DNA of 63,428 bases from Octopus bimaculoides (GCF_001194135.2 NC_068999.1:36972879-37036306), one strand, 5' to 3'. Positions 36,451 to 49,421 are shown, counted from the first letter of the stretch. Notes: generated from the letters alone by a model not told the origin. Translations and numbers: made by a program.

Positions 36451-37854
36451 TCCAAATTGCCTCCCCTCCCCATTTCTTTGAGAATGGATACAGTAGATAA
36501 CATGGTCAAGGATTTACTATACATAGGAAAAAGATGGGATGGTCACAGGCGGAATGTTTGGAATTATAGGTTTGCATGATCAAAGCTAAACTAAAAATGA
36601 AGACAACTAAAGCTAACCCTATTCACCGAAACCCCATTGATGCATCCTTTTTTATAGATAACAGTAGAAATGACAGAAAAGAAACAACATGTCTGTAGAC
36701 TAATGGCTGTACAAATAATGAGAAAAAAAGCTTTAGTGTTGTTGTTGTGATTGTCATCTTAACTCTTTACATACTGACTTCAAATCCTATCAGTCAAAGT
36801 TGCTATTTGTCCTTTTGGGGTCAATAGAATGGTTGGTTGATTGATAAAATGTTAGACCAAATACCTTGTAGTATTTGTTTTGGTTTTCAACACATTGAAT
36901 TCATCAGTGAACACAGTGGTGTGCAGAGTGGAGAATTTCTGCAGGCTTTCTATAGACAAAAAATTACCCAATACTGCAAAATGTACATGAGCTTTCCTTC
37001 TACAGAAATCTCATGAACAATAATCCATGAATGGCTTCAAATATGTTGTTGGTGTTTAGTCCCATATAAACCCAAAGTGAGTAGAACTATATGGAAAGCA
37101 TTTCCAGTTATAGTCTTCTAATCTTATTTGCAGACAATGTATGGTCAAGAAGTTCACATTACAACCCCACAACTTTACTTTCAGTCCCACTGTGTGGTAC
37201 CTTAGCTATCTTCTACTATAGTTTTGAGTTGACCAAACCCTTGTAACAGGATTTGACAGACAGGAACTAAAAGAAGCCAGTAGTACACACACACACACAC
37301 ATTTATGTATGTGTGTGTATTTGTGTCTCAATGTCTTGACATTGCATAATAGTTGTTAGTAAATATCACCACCATACAAGCAGTCTCATTCACTTCCGGT
37401 CTTCCTTGCAAACAGATCTGCCAAACGAGAAGTATTAAATTACTAGGAACCAGGTGATGGTTGTCAATGATAAAGGCATCTAACTGTAGAAAATTTGCCT
37501 CAGTAAATTCCCTTTACCTATCTCCCAGGCAAATATAGGAATGTGGTTTAAACTGTTGTGAGGCTGCTAATTCTAAAATGTCAAGTGATCCCATACAGGG
37601 TTCTTCAATGGCTCCATTTTTATATGTTATTGTTTTTGCTGTTGTTGCTGTTTAACTCCAACTTGAATTCTCCTTCTTTTCCAGCGCTAGTTAGAAATAC
37701 ATTATTCACAGTATCTTTCACTTTTTCCATAATAGTAAGATGTGATTCAAGAGAGATGTTGTTATCATTTCTAGCAGGCTGACCGACCGTGTTGTCTAGT
37801 AAGTGATGTATTTCCTTTAAAATGTAATTTTTGATGACTGATTTCATCATCCAG

Positions 37855-37993
37855 ACAGGTGAACCTGATATGTCTTACTATCATGCCTCTGATCTTCGTC
37901 TTGGAAATATTATCAATGTCTATAGTCGACCGTTCCTGCTTTGTGACTGTGATGGCTTCACAAAGGAATATTACAAAACCAATTATGGAATTG
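37855..37993 (+). CDS. EFHC2: EFHC2 exon (end of DM10-2)
   Basis: CCAG|ACA..ATTG|GTAAGT, phase 0 to 1: TGEPDMSYYHASDLRLGNIINVYSRPFLLCDCDGFTKEYYKTNYGI. Confidence 0.95.
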
Positions 37994-38103
37994 GTAAGTG
38001 ATTTACTTTCGTTTGTGTCAAATGTCATGAAATTTAAATAAAAGTGGGATTTAGCTAGATTTGCGAATCTCTCATGTGTGCATTAGTATGTATATAGGCA
38101 TAT

Positions 38104-38138
<35 letters not shown>

Positions 38139-38867
38139 GATTTTTTAATGTTCATGTTGGTAACAACCATACCAGCATGGAGAGTATATGCTAAATGATG
38201 TTATACAATAAAACTATCCTTATGTTACTAAGTTAAATTTGTTTTATCTAAACAAAAAATAGACACATGTCTCAGAATTGGTAAATATCCATGTGAGGTG
38301 TATACCACATGGAAGATTCAAAGGTGTTAAGACACAGAAGGCTCAATCATGCATAATACATACATATATGCAGTTGGGGTTTTGATTATAAACTTCTGCA
38401 TTCAATTCCTGGACCAGACAGTACATTGTTAACTTGATATTTGACTAGAATTTTGAATGTTTAACATCATTTATACATTAAAGAACAATTCCAACTTCAA
38501 AGAGCTACTCTATCATCTTATTCTGATGGATAAGAATACAGTCTATGAGAAGTGACATCCTCCAGTTGTTGTTTACATGGGGGTAACCAAAAGAAGCCAG
38601 AATTATTTTGCAATATTATTTTCTTTTCTTAGTTTTAAATGTTTACAATGTCATCACCTCCAAAGTTCTCTCCATTTGAAGCAATGCATCGGTTCAGATG
38701 TTTTCCACTCTTGCAAAGTGACGCCTTTCAACGCCTCTGTCATTTTTCCCCCTTCATCTCTTCCGCATCTGCAAAACGTTTTCCTTTAAGGACTTTTTTC
38801 ATTCAGGGGAACAGAAAATTTTGCAGAGAGCAAGATCGGCTGGAAAGGGAGGGTGGGTAAGCAATGG

Positions 38868-38983
38868 CCCAGTGGTTAGGGCAGCGGACTCGCGGTCATA
38901 GGATCGCGGTTTCGATTCCCAGACCTGGCGTTGTGAGTGTTTATTGAGCGAAAACACCTAAAAGTTCCACGAGGCTCTGGCAG
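38868..38983 (+). mobile_element. tRNA-derived SINE head (family E), truncated
   Basis: A-box TGGCCCAGTGG and B-box GGTTTCGATTCC, followed by the family E body. Confidence 0.75.
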
Positions 38984-38984
38984 G

Positions 38985-40020
38985 TGATAAGCCTATATGG
39001 CTAATTAATGAAATAAAGCAGGGTCATGCCATTTAGGGTCAAAAATTGTCCCGTACTCAAGGCAGTGCGCACAACCACATTGTCATGATGAAACCACCAC
39101 TCACCACTTTTCCACAAATCAGGGCATTTTGTCTCACTGCATCTAGTAGATGCTTCAGAACTGCAAACTAAAATGTCTGGTTAACAGTTTAATCAGATGG
39201 GACAAATTCAGTGTGGACAATTCCTTTTGCATTCATAAAACAAATCAGTATCATCTTCGCTTGACACACTTTTTGGGGGTTTGGTAGCATTGAATGCTCA
39301 CATTGGCTTGATTGCTGCTTCATTTCCAGGTTGTAGCCAAAACACCACCTTTTGTCACCAGTGAAAACCTTTAAGTAAAGGTCCAGATTAACTTCCAACT
39401 GTTCTTGCAGTTTATGACATGCATTCAGTTTTGTCTGCTTTTAATCTTCCTCGAGCAAGTGAAGGACAAATTTTGTTGCAACTCTTTTCATTAATAATTC
39501 CTAGCTCAAAAATTTGTTGGCAAAGCTCCATAACACCCCAGTCATATCAACCACTTCATTGACTGTTCGGTGATGGCTGTCCAAGATCAGTTCAGGAATT
39601 TTCATGTTTTCATTCGTTTGGGAGGTCAACAATCGCCCTGAACACAGTTGGTCTTCAAGTGATAAGTGACCATTCCTAAAGCGTGAAAACCACTCATAAA
39701 CCTGTGTTTTGCTCATGATAGCAGTGTCCTTGTAAACTGTTTGAAGCATGACAACTGATTTGGCTGCTGTTTTCCCCAGCAGAAAACAGAATTTCATGGA
39801 AGCACAGTGTTCCTTCATTTCAGCCATCACAAAAATTGATGAACAGAGGAGAAGCACTGCAATACAGTCACATTGCATCACAGTATGACCTCATGGGATG
39901 CTACCAGTCAGCAGGCTGATGCCTGAGGGCCCCATCAAGTGGCTTCTAGCTGTGGAAGCCTGAACTCCAACAGGCTTGGTCCACAGAAAATGTTTCTAGT
40001 TATTTTTGAGTAGCCCCTCG
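38985..40020 (-). mobile_element. mariner transposon, decayed, 3'-truncated
   Basis: MKFCFLLGKTA..MSKTQVYEWFSRFRNG..LED and FTGDKRWCFGY (TGDE-W.Y) remnants. TIR TA|CGAGGGGCTACTCAAAAA at 40022-40003. Confidence 0.85.
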
Positions 40021-40302
40021 TATTCCTCTACTTTATCCCTGATTGAACTAGCATTCCACTATTACCTTACTGTTTTTATAATCATTTACGACCACATTAT
40101 TCATTGTATCCTCCCTATTTCTTAAGATGATAGTGAGTTCCAAGAATTTGGTTGTTATTTGTAGCAGGTTAAGATCAAATATTCACACAGAGATTTCTTC
40201 AGTTTCTCATGATCCAGTTTATTCACTAGAGGAACTTAGCCAATGTAGATTAAAATGTTCTATGTAAAGCAACAACACAATGCCTGAAGCAGATAGGTGC
40301 TA

Positions 40303-41533
40303 TTAGGTCATCAACTATGAAATTTGTAGTAAGGTATACGGTAAGCTTTGACAGTTGCTCATTTTGTGCCATTATTATATTTTGACAATCTTTATTTTTG
40401 GTTAGAAAGCTGACACATCTATTTCTTTATTCTAACTCGTTTTGCACTTTACAAAGTATTTATAAATCATTTTTTGCTGTTTTTGGCTTAGAGGTGGATA
40501 AATCAGAAATTCATACAGTTTTGAAATATAAGTGTTTTCTTGGAAATACAGCATTGCAGACAGCCTGGTATATTAATGGAGTATGTCGTTCTAATGTTAT
40601 TACACAGCAGACAGTATCAAATCAGTTTGCAAAATTTTGTTCTGGTAACTTCGACCTCACAAATGAGCAATGCAGTTGACCAGAAACAAAAGTGGATAAT
40701 GACAAACTGAAAGTCACCGTCGAGTCAGATCTATCTTAAAGTGTCCCTGAATTATCATTGTTGTTTGGTGTTAGCAAGCAAACAGTATTTACTCACCTAA
40801 TTCAAATAGATAAAGTGAAACAGTAGGATAGGTGGGTTCCACATGAACTCAGTGAAAATTAGAAACAGCAACGTTTGGAAGCCAGCATTATGCTACTTTC
40901 TCGTCACAAAAAATTAATCATTTTTAAATCGAATTGTAATGTGATGAGAAATGGATCCTATACAACAACTGTCAACGTTCAGCACAATGGTTGGACAAAG
41001 ATATGTGACCAAAACAGTCCAAAAAGCAAAATTCATCAAAAGAAGCTGGTGGTCTGGTGCAGGTGTGATCCATTATGATTTCATTAAACCTGGCTCATCA
41101 ATCATGGCCATAGTATACTGCAGACAACTGGACCGAATGATGCAGAAATTTAAAAAAAAAAAAAAAAAAAAAAAAGATCCACTCCTATTTAATTGCAAGA
41201 CAACACCAGACCACACATGGTAAAAATGTCATTGGTGAAAATACAGTTCTCCATCATCCACCGTACTCACCTGATCTTGCCCCTACTGACTACCACTTCT
41301 TTTTAATGGGAAAATAATTAATTCCAATGATGCTGTAAAACAGGCCTTCCAAGATTTTATTCACTCTCGATTGCCAGGCTTTTAAATATCCAGGCTAAAC
41401 AAGCTAATCCTGAAATGGCAAAAGTGTATTGACAATATGGGTGCATAATTTGATGAATAAAACTATTCCTTATGTTTATAAAACATTAGCAAACTTTTTC
41501 TCTTTTCTACAAATTTCAGAATTGATGACCTAA
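40303..41533 (+). mobile_element. Full-length (1231 bp) decayed mariner, Hsmar1-like
   Basis: TIRs TTAGGTCATCAACTATGAAATTTGTAG and CTACAAATTTCAGATATTGATGACCTAA, with TA TSDs at 40301-02 and 41534-35. Remnants VDKSEIHTVLKY..FCSGNFDLTNE, WVPHEL and HPPYSPDLAPTDYH. Confidence 0.9.
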
Positions 41534-41828
41534 TAATTTCTTGTGAATAGTAAATCTAAAAATTTTATCACATGTATTAGGCATTAAATTACGACAGTTA
41601 AGATTGACCAGATTATCAAGTATCTGTTCTACAAGACAGTTAAGTGAGCAAAGACAATGTTAAGTAAATTACTTTGTGGATCAGAAGTCACAGATTTTAA
41701 ACAAAAAGGCTAATACTTCACTACCACTTCATCTTTTCATTTAAACTAATAATATTTTCTTTCTCTACCCTACCTATGTTGAGTGTCTTCACTTTCCTTT
41801 TCATTACAAAAAACATCAATATTCACAG

Positions 41829-42140
41829 AAAATTTTACACCAATTAAACACACAAAGGAAGTCAATGCACCCTTAAAAATGGCTCTACCACCTTACAATG
41901 GTTTTGGAAGCGAAGAAGACTCCCTTAGTAATTGTCGATCTATCATTCCAAAAGTTCCACAGAAAGATTTCCTTAAATTCATGAAGTATGACAGATCAGG
42001 GTTCAACAGCAATATTCTACGGTTCCTCGCCAAACTGAAAATACCTGTTGTTTCTGCAGATAAAAACAGGGATTTCATTATCAGTTATTATCTATCAGAT
42101 GATACTATATCTGTCTTTGAGCCTGTAATCAAGAACTCTG
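41829..42140 (+). CDS. EFHC2: EFHC2 exon (start of DM10-3)
   Basis: CACAG|AA..TCTG|GTAAAG, phase 1-1: ENFTP..LPPYNGFGSEEDSLSNC..SNILRFLAKL..FIISYYLSDDTISVFEPVIKNSG. Confidence 0.95.
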
Positions 42141-43099
42141 GTAAAGTATTTTGCCTGTTTTTAAATCCTCTTTGCCTTTTATATTTTGTGTGTGCATTGT
42201 CTGAATTTGTTACTGTAATATTGTTATTGTGGATGTGTTGTTGTTGTTGTTGTCATTGTTTAGTTATAGATCATCTTTGATCAAGCATTTTACAGCTGTG
42301 ATCATAACCATTTTCTACTTCTAGATATAAAGTATCTACAACAACATCATCAATGAAAATATGATTTGATGGTAAATGAGCTGAAATTTCTTGAGAGTTG
42401 AGAGTAAATATAAGATCCTGTTGACTCAGGCTTTTTTTTTTTAATCAGACTCTTACATTGACTCTGATTAGACATTCCAGCTATGGCCATATTATTCTTT
42501 TAAATAACAGTAATTTCCTTTTAGTATATATAGAACTACGTTGCACATATCCATTTTTTAAAATAGATAGTAGAGTATGACTTGAGTGAGATGCAGCTGC
42601 TATTTTTAGCAGGCCTTGTAACTGTGGAGAATCTTTAAGAGGTGCCTTGTCCAAATTTTATACGGATGTTTACCTCTTAATGTTGACTTATAGATATCAA
42701 AGGTCAAGCACATGGACCTCACACTTGAAATGACCACAAAGTTCATGGCTCTGTCCCTGCTCTCCCTTATCTAAATTTTTCAATATCTTTTCCCCTGTAT
42801 CTCTGTTTTATTGTTAGTAGTTTGTATTATTCCATACATCATCCATTTTTCCATACATTATCAGATATACCTCATTTATCAATATCTCCTCATGTCATAG
42901 CTTTGTGATGTTCTTCTACCCTTGTTTTGAGGTGGGTGGGGTGGGGGGGGGCATGTTTCGCCTTTGTACAACCTACCACAGCTTCATGGGATGGAGCTGA
43001 TGCAATCTTTTGGCTATATTCTCTTACTTGAAGGAGATATTTGTGAAGTGTTGTATTACTCTTGAGAAGTGTTGTATTATTTTACCCTCAAAATAAGGG

Positions 43100-43330
43100 C
43101 AGAGGAACATCGCAGAGCTATGACAGGAGGAGATGTTGAAAGATCAGGTATAGCTGATCATATATCGAAAAATGGAGACCACCTCCTCCTATGAGATGAA
43201 GTTAAAATAATAGAGAACACCACTGAAAAACACAAAAACTAAAAGAGGCAGCACATATGCTACGGCATAACTTCCTAATTAGACCTAGTGCAGATAGGAG
43301 TAGCATATGGGAACCAGTATTAAGGGAGGG
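43100..43330 (+). mobile_element. Penelope-like GIY-YIG 3' remnant
   Basis: SGIADHI..GDH...DEVKII..KEAAHML..RPS..IWEPV-like frameshifted peptide. Confidence 0.5.
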
Positions 43331-44533
43331 TCGGAAAATATTAGATTTATAAGCCCTAAAATTCACTCCATAATCGCCCATGGGTATATGGTGTATTGGT
43401 TAAGAGCACAGGCCAATAACCCCAAGATTCCGAGTTCGATTCCAGGCAGTGACCTGAATAATAATAATAATAATATCAAAAAAATACCTTAGGAATGAGA
43501 ACCGAAGTTCGAAATTCCCCTAGGTCAAGAGTACATCAGCCAAAACATTGTGATAACAACAAACAAGATGAGGACAAATGTCCATCAAATGTAATTAATG
43601 TACAATAATTCCTCATCTCTCAAATATACAATTGTACTGGGGTTAAAGTAATCAAATTACCCTGTCCCATAAAATTTCAGGCCTTGTGCCTATAATAGAG
43701 AGGATTGTTATTGTTAAGGCTATAAGCTGGCAGAATTATTAGACTATCTTATATATGTGATGAAATTTACCAAGGAGGACATCATCCTGGTGATGAGGAC
43801 ATATATGGAGTATTCAATTTTTAACAATGACCAGTAATGTATCCCTGAAACAGCTGTGAATGAAACATCCTCCTATTTTTGGGATCCTATTTTATTTATG
43901 TTTTCCCTTATATCTACTGTTATTTCTATCTTATTTTATATATGTATAAGTGATTTTTAGTCGATTTAGGTGATTTGCTATTTTAAAGGTTGATGTTTTT
44001 ATTCAAATTTATCAATCTCTCATTCATTTTGCACCTCCTATATTTATCATGCATAATGCCTTACATGTAAATTTTATTTGTATGTAATTTTATATGTATT
44101 TTTATATATTATCATTTTTCGCCTATATTTTAATGTATGTTTGGTTTTATTCTTTATAACATTGGAGAATCTTTACACCTCTTCATGCATGATTGATGTT
44201 GATATGTATAGATATATATGACTCAACTAATTTGATTAAATATTTTCATCTATCATCATCATCATTTTATGTCCATTTTCCATGCTGACATGAGTTGGAC
44301 GGTTCAACTGGTTCTGGTAAGCCAGGAGGCTACACCAGACTCCAGTCTGATCTGGCAGTGTTGCCATTTATTATTGTTATATTTTCATTCACCCCCAAGG
44401 GTGGTTGACTGGCAGAATCATTAAAGCATAAAATAAAAATCTCTTGTAATATATCATTTAACTGGAGCTTATCATATTTCATATGTGTATTTCGTGTGCA
44501 AGATTCTTGATGTGGATACGCATGTTGAAATAA

Positions 44534-44635
44534 ATACAATTAAACCTTGGGAGAGGCATTATGCCGGTAATAAAGGACTGAACCAGTGCGTGTGTTTATT
44601 ACCGGCATAATGCCTCTCCCAAGGTTTAATTGTAT
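44534..44635. other. Perfect 41-bp inverted repeat with 20-nt loop (hairpin)
   Basis: 44534-44574 ATACAATTAAACCTTGGGAGAGGCATTATGCCGGTAATAAA is the exact reverse complement of 44595-44635. Confidence 0.95.
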
Positions 44636-44831
44636 ATCATTTGGCATTTTATGTTATGAGATCTGTTCCTGCCAAAGCAAAATTTGCTTTTCATCTTTCT
44701 GGATCAATAAAATAAAGTATTAATCAGGTTCTTTCATTGATTTAAGCAACTGATCTACTTTCCTCAAAATTCTTAGCCTTGTGCTTCTCAAAGAAAAGCT
44801 ATTTTATCTCCTTTTTCTCAATAATGTCAAG

Positions 44832-45025
44832 GTTTTGTTGGTGGCAAGTTTTTGGAGCGGAGTCGCATGAAAAAACATGAGCAAAAATTCAACACTGAAC
44901 TCTCTAAGTATTATTTAGCAGAAGATTTGTTTGTTGGAAATACAGTGGAGTTTGTTAATCATCAGTTTCTTATAACAGACATCGATGAGTATACACTGAG
45001 GTTTATGGAAACAAGAGCTGATCAA
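44832..45025 (+). CDS. EFHC2: EFHC2 exon (end of DM10-3)
   Basis: CAAG|GT..CAA|GTAAGT, phase 1 to 0: GFVGGKFLERSRMKK..YYLAEDLFVGNTVEFVNHQFLITDIDEYTLRFME. Confidence 0.95.
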
Positions 45026-45439
45026 GTAAGTGCATGTCTTTTATTTATTGCCAAAGAAGTTTCTTTGGCAACCATGTGGTTTTGGGTTCAGTTCCACCTT
45101 ATAGCACCTTGGGCATATGCCTTATGTTTTTGCTTAGGTCTGACAAATACCTTGTAAGTGAATTTAGTGAACAGAAACTGTCAGAAGCCTGTTGTATATA
45201 TACATATATATACATGTGTGTGTATGTATGTATGTCTGTATGTATGTATCTATATATATATATATATATNNNNNNNNNNNNNNNNNNNNNNNNNNNNNNN
45301 NNNNNNNNNNNNNNNNNNNNNNNNNNNNNNNNNNNNNNNNNNNNNNNNNNNNNNNNNNNNNNNNNNNNNNNNNNNNNNNNNNNNNNNNNNNNNNNNNNNN
45401 NNNNNNNNNNNNNNNNNNNNNNNNNNNNNNNNNNNNNCA

Positions 45440-46197
45440 AAAGTTGGAAGACGACGGGATAAATTTCATCAGTTGGCTATAAAAGGAGATAATAATTTTT
45501 CCTTAGTGCAAGTTTTCAAGAGTGCAGTTCAATTTGAACAGTTATATTTTAAAAGCTATAATTGAAGTGAAAAAGGAGAATATTCAGTATATTTTGCTTT
45601 ATGAGTTCAATAAAGGCAACAACACAATGGAAAATGTGAGGAATATTAATGCAGTATATGGGGATCAGACAATAAGTGTAAGCCAGTATCAATGGTGGTT
45701 CCAGAAATTCTGAGCTGGAAACTACAGCCTAGAAGACAAGCCTCATCCTGGAAGATCTGTAGAGCTTGATAAGGGTTTCCTGCAAACCCTGATAGCTGTT
45801 GAGGAACTAGCAGAACAACTTGGATTTAGTCATTCAACCATTCATCGACACCTGTGTGCCATCAGAAAGGTCAGCAAATTGGGTCAATGGGTTCCTCACA
45901 AACTTTCCGAGTCTAATTGCATGCAGAGAGTGAATGTGTGCTCTTCTTTGCTGCCATGTTTCACAAATGAGCCTTTTTTGGACTGAATAGTGACTGGTGA
46001 TGAGAAATAGGTTCTCTATTAAGATGCCAAGTGCTGAAAACAGTGGATAGGGAAAGGAGAAACACCAGCACCCCAGGCTAAAGAACGTCTTCACCCACGT
46101 AAGGTGTTGTTATCTGTTTGGTGGGATATGAAAGGTTTAGTCCACTTTGAACTTTTAAACTCAAACCAAATGATAACAAAGATCTACTGCAAGCAGT
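45440..46197 (+). mobile_element. mariner transposon (third lineage), decayed and truncated
   Basis: EVKKENIQYILLYEFNKGNN..INAVYGDQTISVSQYQWWFQKF, WVPHKL and VTGDEK remnants. The left end is in a gap. Confidence 0.85.
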
Positions 46198-46199
46198 AG

Positions 46200-46640
46200 T
46201 GTTAGTCTTGAAGAAGGGCAAAATCAGATTATGGATAACGTTGGGGGAGGTTATGAAGCAAATAGAAGAGACGGGCTATGAGTATTTGAGGATACTGGAA
46301 ATGGATAAATTGATGGAGAAAGAAATGACAGAAAAATTCTAAGGTGGAGTACTTGCACATACTGAGACTGATAGAAAAAAAAAAGGGGGAGGAAGAAAGA
46401 CAGGGAGAAAAAGCAAAGAGAATAAAAGGAAAAAGAAAAGAAAATTACAGGAAAAGGAAATAAAATTTACATGTTCTTCTCAATATGTCTAACATACCAG
46501 TTAAGACAATCTTTTGCACTTCCTGCATGGATTATAATCCAGAGATCATCCTCAAATAATTTTCAGCTTCTTTTTTGATCATTCCAAGTGCTCCTACAAT
46601 CACTGGTTTTGTAACCATGTTCAGATGCCACATCTTTTTG
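46200..46640. mobile_element. Two R4-like LINE fragments in opposite orientation
   Basis: 46210-46365 (+) resembles a post-RT Y.YLGIL segment. 46460-46640 (-) resembles the PVIVGALGMIKK..QEVQKIVLTG C-terminus. Confidence 0.5.
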
Positions 46641-46855
46641 ATTTCTATCAGCAATTCTTTATACAATTTGTTCATTTAGTGTGCTGTTTGTTTGAATGAT
46701 GATATAAATACAAATGATTATGATAATGAAAATTGTAGAAGATGGTGATGATGATGATAATAGGGATCTTGACCATGATGATGATTTTGCTTTTACCATT
46801 TTCCAACCTTTCTTATGATTTTTTTTATTTGTTTTCTTTTTCTTTAACTGAACAG

Positions 46856-47190
46856 TTTCCAACATCAAACATAAAGCTGATCCTTGAAAAAATTAAAAAC
46901 TCCAGAAAAATTGGAAGAAATGATTTTCTGAGGAAGTTCTATGCAAAAACAAATGGTGATGAGTCTTCAGCAGTTGTCAGCTACCTTGATTTCTCATCGG
47001 TGTTGTCTGAATGCCAATTAGACCTTTGTGAACATGAAATTCTTGTGCTGGCCCGTCACTATGGCAACAAAAGAAACCCTGAAGATAACTTTGAAAGATT
47101 GGTCAGCTGTGTCCGGGAACAGTTAAAGAAAGTCAATTATGAAGACTACCATAAGATTTTGGCACGGTTCAAATATGAAGATCGCTCTGA
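46856..47190 (+). CDS. EFHC2: EFHC2 exon (EF-hand region)
   Basis: AACAG|TTT..TCTGA|GTAAGT, phase 0 to 2: FPTSNIKLILEKIK..VSYLDF..EHEILVLARHY..LKKVNYEDY..YEDRS-E. Confidence 0.92.
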
Positions 47191-47225
47191 GTAAGTATTA
47201 ACTGATGATGGCAATGATAATGAAT

Positions 47226-47261
<36 letters not shown>

Positions 47262-48910
47262 TCTTATCATAATCATCATCATGACTGTCTTAATGCCCAC
47301 TTTCCCTACATGAGGCAGATTCTCTGTCAGTTTTCTCACCTGTTTTCAAAAAAAAAAGGTAATAATACCTAGCCTATTGAATGATAAACAATTAAAAAGT
47401 GAACTAGAAAACAAATAAGACTGATTGAATAGCTCCTTCCTTTTCTACTCAGGTTTCTAATATTATTTTACTCTTTCTCGGTTTGCCATTTTTTGAAGCT
47501 AGGTACAATTTGAAAGATAAGCAATATTAGTTTACATTATAGTTTTCAAAATAGTATTTTATTTTTTATTTAGACAGAGGCCCTGGGAAGGAGTAGAGGT
47601 TTTGAGTTTTATCTGAGAAGACACATACACATAGAAAATTTCTTTACATTAGATATAATCCTCAACCTACCTAGTTGCAATGATGCTACCCTTAGAAACC
47701 CCACCCAACTCAATAATATCACCCTAATGCGACCCTCCACAATACTACCCATATGACCACATACACCAATGGCCATACCACCTCCAACTCCAACACTGGT
47801 TATTGATAATGCCTCTTGCTTTTCTCTTCTGCTAACTAGCCACAACAAACCTAACCTTCTCAATGATTAATTCCAATCCCATTACAAGCAGGAAAAGCTG
47901 CAACTTTCAGGTGTCTCAACTATGCCCTCTTTCAAGTTTCTGTCTGTGCAAATGCATAGTAGTAACACCACACTCCCACCAAACAAGGGTCTATTTCGGA
48001 GGCACTGTTGATTTTAAGAGACACTACTGAGCACTCATAAAATCTTTTTCCAATTCAACTTTTAAATTATCTACCTCTTCAGCAACTTAAATACACAACC
48101 GCAAATCCCCAGATATTCCTTATACATTGTCCTGGCCCATCATCAGTAAGGCTTCCCCATACAACACCAACCTTGACATTTTTATACTGTTTAAGGGAAT
48201 CGCTAACCTTTGCAACCACAACTCTTCATTAATTAAGACATTCTCAGAATCCTTTGATGTAAACACAGGTACTAAACATCATTTTTCCATTTTGTGAAAT
48301 CTATGTAACCCCCTAATTACGATTAACCTTAACTACATTTAATATTAAGTTACAAACTTGTTCACACTAATAACTAAAACCTTTCTGCTACATATTCATT
48401 CTGAATATTACCTTTGATGATTACTCCTGCCCAGAACATCCACCCTTACAGCCACCCTTAACCTCGTTCCTTGAATTTCATTTCTCCATCTCCTCCTTGC
48501 TTCTTCAAACAAAACTACTCTTTGAAGCTGACCCATCCTCATTCCTAAAATTCACCCATTGCCACTTCACTAAAATATGATTAACTTTTAGTAGAAAGTG
48601 GGTTATACATCTTTAGATTGTATACCTGACTTTCTACTATAAAATTAAAGAAATAGACGGAACGCTGAACTCCAGACTAAACAACTTAAACAATATTTAT
48701 TTAGATGGTAAAACATACATATCTTTAGTTATACATCTTTAGAGGTGAGAATAACGAGCTGTCGAGTATAAGACCGAAAGATGTAGGGACAGCTTTTAAN
48801 NNNNNNNNNNNNNNNNNNNNNNNNNNNNNGGGAAACACTTGCTTTATTAATTCTACGCATGCACAGGTGTTACTACAAACTCTTTCCCCACTTTTCTCTC
48901 ACTCACTACA

Positions 48911-48955
<45 letters not shown>

Positions 48956-48958
<3 letters not shown>

Positions 48959-49250
48959 AATCTTGCAGGCGTGAAGTGGATTTGATCCACTATACCCAAA
49001 TTTGACTTAACACTGCGTCAGAACTTTTCCCACGGTGGAACAACGGTTTTGATCTGTCAGCAGTTAGATATGACCCAGACGCCTTTAGCCAGGCCGAAAT
49101 TCTTTACCTTGTATGCTTTACGTACAAACTGTTATACTATTACACTGGCCTACCCGTCGTGGTATGGCATTTATTAACGTAACGGTAGATAAATATTTCT
49201 ATAAAAACTTCGATCACTCTTCATCGTTCATCTTATAACCAGTACAATTG
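48956..49250. repeat. Unclassified dispersed repeat abutting (TA)n, short copy
   Basis: Aligns to both ends of 26745-27480 and lacks the ~400-bp middle. Confidence 0.75.
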
Positions 49251-49342
49251 GTAAATAATACTTATTGTTACAATGGGTGACACATCGACTACACAACACA
49301 ATAACATTAACCGTTACATTGGTAACCCTACCGTTACATATG

Positions 49343-49421
<79 letters not shown>

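Noticed and set aside
38868-38925. tRNA-like sequence (also 43380-43450)
   Set aside because: A and B boxes are present, but there is no clean cloverleaf and the sequence runs into SINE body or (AAT)n tail. These are SINE heads, not tRNA genes.
41879-41900. ATG GCT CTA CCA (MALP..) resembles the human EFHC2 N-terminus MALPLLPG
   Set aside because: It lies inside an internal exon, at the conserved ..PPYNGFGSEEDS motif, so it is a coincidence rather than the start codon.
47590-48620. Possible decayed LINE on the minus strand
   Set aside because: The composition suggests an old retroelement, but I could not recover a diagnostic motif, so it is not called.
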